In this document: in pieces, positions 20,001 through 26,449 of the stretch
How positions within the stretch are numbered: position 1 is the stretch's first letter
Layout: each line of letters starts with the position of its first letter
Program-made: the position numbers and the translations under genes
Source: a virus
Lineage: Duplodnaviria; Caudoviricetes
DNA: 30,872 nucleotides
Direction: 5' to 3' (one strand)
Virus record (IMG/VR): IMGVR_UViG_3300012665_000072
Coordinates: 1-30,872 of that record
The notes under the pieces: model-generated
Seen by the model: the letters and a program-made list of their open reading frames with translations, nothing else
Databases searched by the model: none
What the model was told of the DNA's origin: nothing

Positions 20001-21008
20001 ATTAATAATCCAGCATTTAAGAACAGTGATTACAACGCTTTTGCATACGGAAATGGCCTTGAGTCATATAGAATACTAGATGACTTCAATGCACCTAGAA
20101 TGGACTACAGCTTAAGAGCTAGTACAATCATTGAGGACTACGAAGAGGAGCGTAAATACGCCTCACTTACATACAGTGGTTTATACCGAGGAGACTCATC
20201 AATTAACCGATTGAACGATTTTAATTTATCTCTAGCGAACTTTAAGAACCTAGACCAATCTTACGGTCCGGTTAGAAAGTTATTCGCTCGTGATAGCGAT
20301 CTATTGGTCTTACATCAAGATAAGGTAACATCTGTTTTGTATGGAAAGAATTTATTAGTTGATGCCGTTGGCGGAAGTCAAGTCGCTTCAGTTCCTGAAG
20401 TACTTGGTACACAAATCGCTAGTCAGAGTGAGTATGGTATTAGTGATAATCCTGAGAGTTTTTCTGTTTGGTCTAACAACTACTACTTTGCAGATGCTAG
20501 AAGGGGGGCTGTATTGATGATGACTGGAAATGACATTGTTGAGATATCCGAGAATGGTATGAGGGATTACTTCATTGATTTCTTTAGCTTATCTCCAAAC
20601 ACACAAAAGCTAGGTGGATACGATCCACATAGTCAGACATACATGATATCAGGAAACAATATCCTTAGAAATCCATGTAGAACCTCAATTACACCTGGAT
20701 CTAGAACTCTTCCCAATAATACATTAGGACAAAGCTATCTTATGTTTAGCTTAACATCAGTTACATCATGGACTGTAGAGGTAGTTAACGAAGGATTTGG
20801 TGTTGATTGGGTTGATGTGCCGCCATATTGCTTGTCAGGTTCAGGATCTCAAGATATTTATGCAAATGTTCAAAATAACTTGACCGGCTCATCTAGAAGA
20901 GTTAAGTTTGTAGTTAGATATTGTGATCAGATTTTAGAGTTTATATTGACGCAAGGGCGAGGCAAAGAAACTGACATTTCATTAATCGCATTTAATAAAG
21001 AACCTTAA
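17082..21008 (+). CDS. Tail stabilisation/nozzle protein (P22 gp10-like, N-terminal part) with C-terminal BACON-like domain (1308 aa)
   Basis: Motifs GRMNKDVDKRLV..GEY.DA.N, LLFWTDGYNPPRRINI, FSYRFKYVDNEYS, GNRLIYGDY, EYGISDNPESF, YFADARRGAV and LGGYDP, which I recall from crAss-like stabilisation proteins. Confidence 0.72.
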   Translation: MAEIEKKFLSGRMNKDVDKRLVADGEYLDAINVSVNTSEGSTIGAAQNSLGNDLIGDISSVLAARGLNSIVNPIVIGALPYEAKNLIYWFVTSDNFDGIFEYNELTGDTILILGSTVVGGKTQLNFNRRHIITGVNYVYNPDGSLLFWTDGYNPPRRINIARCKTYNIDDPQISDDIDVVLRPPLSAPYIKLSNTDTLNLRPNNLEQKFLYFSYRFKYVDNEYSSMSPYSAVSFQPRGFEIDIETGENKGMVNIFNQANVTFETGNQFVKEIQLLVRDTSGLNVRIVDSFNKEDLGISDNSSYEFTFMNNKTYAALPADQTTRLFDNVPLLASAQEIIGNRLIYGDYTQFRNIVSCNNEFININYKVDYQSESVGNTPKQTFRSDRDYEVGIVYGDDYGRITTVLTSNDTNSSNANTNSVYIPPVNSSTANSLSVTINSPAPCWATNYRFFVKQAKSDYYNIFPRTFIKDGNYRYFLINEADRDKIIVNGYIIFKAFDNGPTNSNKQFKVLELEYKEALFLPNAVEGLYFKIKAGSGDTFLYTPVQQTYSDNQSGRGPKPDLCLGDGTQYPVSNRYASIEGPIYYSGLNDNTIQNTGPSISVVSSASFPINANSDARITIEILPGGTTFRWTDEVGLSYWIADLPITTSPTTLVININTSLTISFNALFGYNVGDKFVFNVRGNGVNAGTPSQPQGNRGLPSSTSYLIGNTNNYGGHAILKGPGEIFPGAYISIEILNDGPSNNAPGQNATFTSWFSNAYYKDIEEWFWQSGAYATFVQYDQNNNNITATGVTFRYGVNVTDYNLSDPSNSIKQLSSGDKYMLIRGFGDSSGCNRNLIQAKITVTQTPSNKQLIAETVPKESDLDIFHELSHTHPVENGKHIVLWHYDISTADALGTKLSNLDHKFPHYYSVGDMVYVRATNIPIGFYEVLLTPDRYTVVIDFAFPGTSQSGAIAFNSTDQDQGTVFNAAKVMINNPAFKNSDYNAFAYGNGLESYRILDDFNAPRMDYSLRASTIIEDYEEERKYASLTYSGLYRGDSSINRLNDFNLSLANFKNLDQSYGPVRKLFARDSDLLVLHQDKVTSVLYGKNLLVDAVGGSQVASVPEVLGTQIASQSEYGISDNPESFSVWSNNYYFADARRGAVLMMTGNDIVEISENGMRDYFIDFFSLSPNTQKLGGYDPHSQTYMISGNNILRNPCRTSITPGSRTLPNNTLGQSYLMFSLTSVTSWTVEVVNEGFGVDWVDVPPYCLSGSGSQDIYANVQNNLTGSSRRVKFVVRYCDQILEFILTQGRGKETDISLIAFNKEP

Positions 21009-21009
21009 G

Positions 21010-23661
21010 ATGGATAAAACAAAACAATCTTTTGAATACACTGGAAGTAGTGAGTATACTATTGACAATACAATATTAAGTAGCAGCGGTATAGCTTTAT
21101 TCGATACAGCATCAGGAGTTGGAGGCGTTGACTACATGCCATACAATGGATCAACTGTAACAGTAAAAGCTGGAGATATATATGGAGACTATAGAGAACT
21201 AGCTCCAACACTAAACAATAAGTTATATTACTTGGTCTCAGATACGCTATATGATAGCAGTCAAAAGACTATAATTCTTTCATTAGCTACTCAAATACCT
21301 GTATTCTTTAACGGAACTGAATTTGAGGGCACATTTGTTTTTAATAATCCTAACAACTTACCATACATTTACTTACTTTGGGACTATGAGGATAAGATGG
21401 ATTCAGTTATATCCTATAAAGGAGAAACAAGTTCTAGAGCTATTGGCTTTGAACTAGGAACTAATATTGGTCGTGCAGGTATATCCTACAACTTAATGGA
21501 CCCTGATCAACCGACTAGATTTCAAGTTGAGTGGAACGGATCAATCATCAGAGACTCTTTGTATGTTGGTGTAAATAGTTTGTCAAATTACAACGCATTA
21601 ATTGCAGCAGGTGTTCCTCCTGATGAGATTGGATTAGTTTTCCCTTATAACGGATTGGTAAATAATGGCGTTGGAAAGTTGGAGTTTTTTAAAAATACTC
21701 CTGAGTCAACTGCAAATGTTATCGTGTCTTCTCCATTTACAAGTTCAGTTTGGATAGTCAGAAAGATTAGCACATACTTAACTCCATTCTATTTGGATAA
21801 TGCAAACGGAACACCATCTAATGTGTGTGCCCAATGTCCTACAACCTTAGTATACCACAACGGATCGTCTAGACTTCCTGTTGTTGGTGATGTCGTATTT
21901 ACTGCGTCAAACGGTAGCACGGTATATTCAAATCCGAATACACTGCACATGATTGATACTGTCACTTGTACAGTTCCTAGTCCAACTAATAAGACGTATA
22001 TTGAGGCTGATGAGAATGGATTGGTACTGAGTGTATCTCCATGTAATTGCTCAGAATATGCCGTTCCATTTATTTATGAGAATACAATAACTGTTACATC
22101 TAACTCTCAGTCATTTGAAGTTATTGATGCATTAAATAATCCAACATCATGGTCAATTGTTGCTAGTGATCTTCCGCAAGGAATTACATTTGCTGATGGA
22201 GTAGTGTCATTTAATAACGCTCCAACCGGCACATATAGACTAACAATTACTGCTACCAACTGTTTTGGTACGTCTCCAAATACGTTGATTAATATAACTG
22301 TAATATCATCTTCAAATGCTCAACCATGTTTAATTGACATAGAGCAATTTAAAGAGGTGGCTTCAGATGCATGTACGGTTATACCAACATACACACAACT
22401 TTACTTTACTGGTTCTGGACCTGTGCCTGTTGTTCAGGATACTATATTTTACGATCCTGATTTAACTAGACCATTCATGGGTGGTGAGAAGTGGTTCTAT
22501 TTAGATAACTCAGCTGCCGTTATTCAAATTGATCAGGACGGTACAGTGATGAAAACATTTAGTTGTCCGGGAGCTACTACGACAACAACGAGTACTACGA
22601 CAACAACATTACCATCAGGTACTTATTTTACCGCTTACTCATGCCAAGATCCAACGGTTATAGTAACATTACTAGACACTACATCAGGAGGTGCGGTAGT
22701 TGGCAATACGGTTAAAACTACCGATAATAATTGTTGGTATATTACTAATATAGTTTCTCCAAGATTTCCATACTTTTTAACTAAGAATCCATTAGTTATA
22801 TATGGAAATTGTACGGCATGTACTGGTACAACAACTACAACAACCACTACGACTACAACAACAGTCGCTCCATTAATTGCGTTTGCTTTAGATTTAGATG
22901 CTCAAGTTTCTTTTAGAAATGCATGTAATCAGACTGGTGGAACGAGTACATATTATTTCAATAGTTTAGCAGTAAATAGTTTTGTTTACTTTGACTTAGC
23001 AGGAACGACATTATTTAACGGTAATTTTAAGTGGTACAAAGCTGTATACTTAGCTCAAACATATGCGTTATTGATTGCAGATACTGGTCAGATACTTGAC
23101 ATATACAATTGTTCAACTACAACGACTACGACTACAACTACTACTGCCCCTACATATTACTACAGATCAATAATTTGTGGAACGGCTACATATAAGACAT
23201 TAAAGATTCAATCATTTGAACCATTAGCTCTTGGCGCAACAGTTAAAGATAGCTCTAATATATGCAGTGTGCTTGAGTCGGTTATTTCTCCTGGCACAGT
23301 AGATGCTACTATTCGGTATTCATACGGAAGTTGTTTTGAGTGCTTGTCATCTATTCCTACAACTACTACGACAAGTACAACTACAAGTACTACGACAAGT
23401 ACAACTACAACCACGACTACAACAATACCTCCATTAACAGCATTGATACTATCAAGTAATGTTAACAGCACTAACGTATGCACAGTGTTAAATATTCAAA
23501 CTTTTTATGTTAATGGTGCGATTGGTGTTCCTGGAAATGATATCTTTGTTGACGCATTAGGATCTAGTCCTGCTCCAGCTGCTTGGTATTTGCAAATTAT
23601 TACAAACATTGCATACCAATGGAATGGCAGTGATTGGACCGGTGGTTCAATATCTTGCTAA
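21010..23661 (+). CDS. Modular Cys-rich virion protein with an Ig-like domain and four mucin-like poly-Thr linkers (883 aa)
   Basis: Ig-like segment PTSWSIVASDLPQGITFADGVVSFNNAPTGTYRLTITATNCFG, repeated Cys-bounded modules, and Thr/Ser tracts of 11, 12, 10 and 22 residues. Confidence 0.7.
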   Translation: MDKTKQSFEYTGSSEYTIDNTILSSSGIALFDTASGVGGVDYMPYNGSTVTVKAGDIYGDYRELAPTLNNKLYYLVSDTLYDSSQKTIILSLATQIPVFFNGTEFEGTFVFNNPNNLPYIYLLWDYEDKMDSVISYKGETSSRAIGFELGTNIGRAGISYNLMDPDQPTRFQVEWNGSIIRDSLYVGVNSLSNYNALIAAGVPPDEIGLVFPYNGLVNNGVGKLEFFKNTPESTANVIVSSPFTSSVWIVRKISTYLTPFYLDNANGTPSNVCAQCPTTLVYHNGSSRLPVVGDVVFTASNGSTVYSNPNTLHMIDTVTCTVPSPTNKTYIEADENGLVLSVSPCNCSEYAVPFIYENTITVTSNSQSFEVIDALNNPTSWSIVASDLPQGITFADGVVSFNNAPTGTYRLTITATNCFGTSPNTLINITVISSSNAQPCLIDIEQFKEVASDACTVIPTYTQLYFTGSGPVPVVQDTIFYDPDLTRPFMGGEKWFYLDNSAAVIQIDQDGTVMKTFSCPGATTTTTSTTTTTLPSGTYFTAYSCQDPTVIVTLLDTTSGGAVVGNTVKTTDNNCWYITNIVSPRFPYFLTKNPLVIYGNCTACTGTTTTTTTTTTTTVAPLIAFALDLDAQVSFRNACNQTGGTSTYYFNSLAVNSFVYFDLAGTTLFNGNFKWYKAVYLAQTYALLIADTGQILDIYNCSTTTTTTTTTTAPTYYYRSIICGTATYKTLKIQSFEPLALGATVKDSSNICSVLESVISPGTVDATIRYSYGSCFECLSSIPTTTTTSTTTSTTTSTTTTTTTTIPPLTALILSSNVNSTNVCTVLNIQTFYVNGAIGVPGNDIFVDALGSSPAPAAWYLQIITNIAYQWNGSDWTGGSISC
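22576..23424 (+). repeat. Four ACN-codon (poly-Thr) low-complexity tracts: 22576-22608, 22828-22863, 23116-23145, 23359-23424
   Basis: Read directly from the sequence. Tract 4 includes a direct repeat ACTACGACAAGTACAACTACA at 23365-23385 and 23389-23409 (24-nt period). Confidence 0.95.
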
Positions 23662-24572
23662 TGAGAACACTTAGAATGATTTCAGCGCAACCAGCGCTAG
23701 ACTATTATGCTTGGCAGGTTGAGGTTTATATCCACAACTTTGTATCGCTAGGCTACAAGAACATAGATGTAGTTGCAGGCTATCAGGATGAAATACCTGA
23801 GTCATGGCATAAGCTAGTAGAGAACTATTCAGATGTAGCTCACTTCTATTTTTATGAAGATACTTTAGGTGAATGTAACTATCCTCCTGCTATTCAAGCA
23901 CATATACTTAAGAAACATTTTGAATTGCATCCATCTAATGATGCATTCTTTTTCCACGACTCTGACTTCGTTTTTACTAAGTACTTAGACTTCAGTCCAT
24001 ACCTAGCAGACGATACATGGTACTTCTCTGATACTGTCTCATATATAGGATACGATTATATTATGAGCAAAGGAGAGGAAGTACTAGATGCTATGTGCGG
24101 CCAAATCGGTATAAAGAAAGAAATTGTTAAAGCAAACAAGCATAACAGTGGTGGTGCTCAGAAGCTTATGAAGAACTTAACGTCAACATATTGGAAGAAA
24201 GTTGAGATTGACGCTAGGGCATTATACAACATGCTAAATAAAATGCAGAACGTCAAGAATGAAGACGATCCGTATGGCATACAGTCATGGACAGCAAGCA
24301 TGTGGGCCGAACTATGGAACGCTTGGTATTTCGGTAAGCATGTCGAGGTGATCAAGGAGTTTGACTTTTGTTGGGCCACTTGTCCGATCAGCAGGTGGGA
24401 TGATGTGTATTTCTTCCATAACGCTGGCGTTCAGAGCAACACCCAAGAGATGTTCTATAAGGCTGATTACATGCACAAGTATCCATTTGGTATTGACTTA
24501 AAAATTAGTGATAAGCGATGCTCATACAACTACTATGAGATAATCAAGGGAATGAAAAGCTGTTTGGTCTAA
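23661..24572 (+). CDS. GT-A fold glycosyltransferase resembling HPAT/SERGT peptide O-glycosyltransferases (303 aa)
   Basis: The start is the ATG at 23661 (TAATG overlap), not 23634. It has a DxD motif after a hydrophobic strand (AFFFHDSDFVF, D-S-D at 23958-23966), plus YYAWQVEV, NYPPAIQ, GGAQKLMK, SWTASMWA and FFHNAG. Confidence 0.72.
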   Translation: MRTLRMISAQPALDYYAWQVEVYIHNFVSLGYKNIDVVAGYQDEIPESWHKLVENYSDVAHFYFYEDTLGECNYPPAIQAHILKKHFELHPSNDAFFFHDSDFVFTKYLDFSPYLADDTWYFSDTVSYIGYDYIMSKGEEVLDAMCGQIGIKKEIVKANKHNSGGAQKLMKNLTSTYWKKVEIDARALYNMLNKMQNVKNEDDPYGIQSWTASMWAELWNAWYFGKHVEVIKEFDFCWATCPISRWDDVYFFHNAGVQSNTQEMFYKADYMHKYPFGIDLKISDKRCSYNYYEIIKGMKSCLV

Positions 24573-24578
24573 TTTTCG

Positions 24579-24586
24579 TAAATTTG
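24579..24586 (+). promoter_or_regulatory. Bacteroidota -7 promoter element TAAATTTG
   Basis: Exact match in a 19-nt gap. The ATG follows 5 nt later, at 24592. Confidence 0.7.
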
Positions 24587-24591
24587 TATTT

Positions 24592-25314
24592 ATGGAAGAT
24601 ACGTTATCTTATTACAACTATGCCAATGGGTGGACATCTAGATGGTCCTACGTCCCTGAGTGGATGACTCATATGAATAGTAATTTCTATACATTTAAGA
24701 ATGGGGATCTATACATACACAACCTAAACCAAAATCGAAATAACTTCTACGGAGTTCCCGGAAAGTCTACGTTAAGTACTATATTCAATATAGAGCCAAC
24801 TACTATCAAGAAGTTCAAGAATATATTTATAGATAGTAATGAGCCATGGAAGGCTACGATGCATACCAATCTAGACGAAGGCTTTGCTGATTACGACTAC
24901 TACGACAAGAAAGAAGGTAGATGGTATGCATATATCAGACGACCACTTGGGGATAATAATGCTCAGTTGCTATCAACCCAAGGTATTGGAAATGTTATAA
25001 ACTATACAGCTCCTACAATATATTTTAACGTAGATATACAAATAAATCTAAATCAAGGAGACAAGGTATATAAAATAGTCGGATCATCATTAGTTGAATT
25101 AGGTACAGTATCAGCATTTACTCAAAATGCAATATCACTTAGTAGTATTGTTTCAACACCTTCAGTTGGTGATACTATCGTCATAGTTAAGAATGCAGTA
25201 GCTGAGTCATTTGGCCCTAGAGGATACTACCTACAAGTTGACTTCGAGAACAATAAAACATATGAGGTAACAATGTTTGCCGTTGGGGCATCAGTATTCA
25301 AAAGTTTTCCTTAA
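24592..25314 (+). CDS. Tail protein resembling the C-terminal part of the stabilisation/nozzle protein (240 aa)
   Basis: TLSY....NGWTSRWSYVPE, FYTFKNGDLYIHN, RNNFYG, IFNIEPTTIKKFKNI, KKEGRWYAYI and GPRGYYLQV match, from memory, C-termini of podovirus stabilisation proteins. Confidence 0.6.
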   Translation: MEDTLSYYNYANGWTSRWSYVPEWMTHMNSNFYTFKNGDLYIHNLNQNRNNFYGVPGKSTLSTIFNIEPTTIKKFKNIFIDSNEPWKATMHTNLDEGFADYDYYDKKEGRWYAYIRRPLGDNNAQLLSTQGIGNVINYTAPTIYFNVDIQINLNQGDKVYKIVGSSLVELGTVSAFTQNAISLSSIVSTPSVGDTIVIVKNAVAESFGPRGYYLQVDFENNKTYEVTMFAVGASVFKSFP

Positions 25315-25319
25315 ATTTG
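25312..25319 (+). promoter_or_regulatory. Bacteroidota -7 promoter element TAAATTTG overlapping the upstream stop codon
   Basis: The TAA stop (25312-25314) forms the first bases of the motif. The ATG follows 3 nt later, at 25323. Confidence 0.55.
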
Positions 25320-25322
25320 TGT

Positions 25323-25724
25323 ATGGAAGTTAGGTTCTTAAACGAAGGTGATTACGATGTGTTATCATCTTGGTGGAAGGATTGGAGATGGACTCCACCG
25401 CCACGAGATTTCTTACCTCAGGATGGAACCGGTGGTTTGATGGTATCGAAGGATGGGATTGAAATATGTGCTGGGTTTATATATTTTACAAACTCAAAGA
25501 CAGCAATCATAGAGTTCATTGTATCTAACTTTCAGTACAAGAATAAAGACAGGAAGGAAGCTATAGAGTTTCTTATAAATACACTTACTGAGGTAGCGAA
25601 AGAAACGAACGGATGTAAGTACATTTATACATCTCTAAAGAACCAAAACCTACTAAATAGTTTTTCAGCTTGTGGCTACCAAACAGGAAGCACCGGTTGT
25701 ATAGAAATGATTAAAACATTATAA
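25323..25724 (+). CDS. GNAT-fold (acetyltransferase-like) protein (133 aa)
   Basis: MEVRFLNEGDYDVL start, strands GLMVSKDGIEICAGFIY and IEFIVSN, helix AIEFLINTLTEVAKE, and a FSACGY end. It sits between the tail and ejection genes, as T7 gp13-like genes do. Confidence 0.6.
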   Translation: MEVRFLNEGDYDVLSSWWKDWRWTPPPRDFLPQDGTGGLMVSKDGIEICAGFIYFTNSKTAIIEFIVSNFQYKNKDRKEAIEFLINTLTEVAKETNGCKYIYTSLKNQNLLNSFSACGYQTGSTGCIEMIKTL

Positions 25725-25725
25725 A

Positions 25726-26448
25726 ATGGCAGCAGTAACATCAACATTAGTAGCATTAGGAGGAGTGGGTCTATCGGCCGCTCAAGCTATCAAAGCCAAC
25801 AAAGACATGAAGAAAGCATCCTCTCAGTATGGGATGGCTATGAATCAGATGAAACAAATTAAGGAGACGAACCAATTTAAAGGTGTTCAAGTTCCTAGAC
25901 TTGGCTTCGAGTTAGCTCAACAAGGACAAGATCAACAAACACAACAAGCAATCGCTGCTCTTCAAGGAACAGGCGCTGAGGGTATTATTGGTGGTATTGG
26001 ACAATTGGTTGGTGCAGGAAACGAAGCTTACTTAGGTTTGGCTGCTCAAGCAAATCAAGCTCAATCTACAAGAGACATGGCTCAAGCAGAGGCAGGTCAG
26101 GGTATTGAAGCAAGACGAGCTAATAGAGAGTTTGATATTGGATCTCAAGAAGCAATGGATGCTAACATGAGAAGATCTCAAGCGGAGGATACTAGAAACC
26201 AAGCGATTGGTAGTGCGTTCACAGCTCTAGGTACAGCAGCTGGCGGTATTGATAAGATGATTGGATTGTATGGTGATAAACCATTATCAGCAGACGCTCA
26301 AAGAATTAAAGGAATGGGAATCGGTGTTTTAAAACAAGCGCCAGGAACAACAACAACAGCAGGTAAAGCAAAAACAACTCCTGCATTTGGTATACCGGGT
26401 GCGTCTATGTTTGACATGATGAGTAATTATACTTATAAACCAGGATAA
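25726..26448 (+). CDS. Putative internal virion/ejection protein (240 aa)
   Basis: Hydrophobic G/A-rich N-terminus (MAAVTSTLVALGGVGLSAAQAI), A/Q/G-rich helical body and a second G/A-rich segment. Confidence 0.65.
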   Translation: MAAVTSTLVALGGVGLSAAQAIKANKDMKKASSQYGMAMNQMKQIKETNQFKGVQVPRLGFELAQQGQDQQTQQAIAALQGTGAEGIIGGIGQLVGAGNEAYLGLAAQANQAQSTRDMAQAEAGQGIEARRANREFDIGSQEAMDANMRRSQAEDTRNQAIGSAFTALGTAAGGIDKMIGLYGDKPLSADAQRIKGMGIGVLKQAPGTTTTAGKAKTTPAFGIPGASMFDMMSNYTYKPG

Positions 26449-26449
26449 C

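Noticed and set aside
21003-21012. Possible +1 frameshift at CCT-TAA-G-ATG fusing the 1308-aa and 883-aa proteins
   Set aside because: A +1 shift would join the frames, but known shifty stops of this type use CCC-TAA, and CCT to CTT re-pairing is poor. The downstream ATG has a normal A-rich context, so coupled re-initiation is the simpler explanation.
22635-23483. Minus-strand poly-Val ORFs (22635-22847, 23208-23483, also 4902-5102)
   Set aside because: They are antisense shadows of the poly-Thr codon tracts, with no independent start signals.
156-25322. Track start positions 156, 1082, 6109, 23634 and 25317
   Set aside because: These are non-ATG starts. Better starts are upstream of the window for the first gene, then 1130, 6196, 23661 and 25323, most of them overlapping the previous stop codon.
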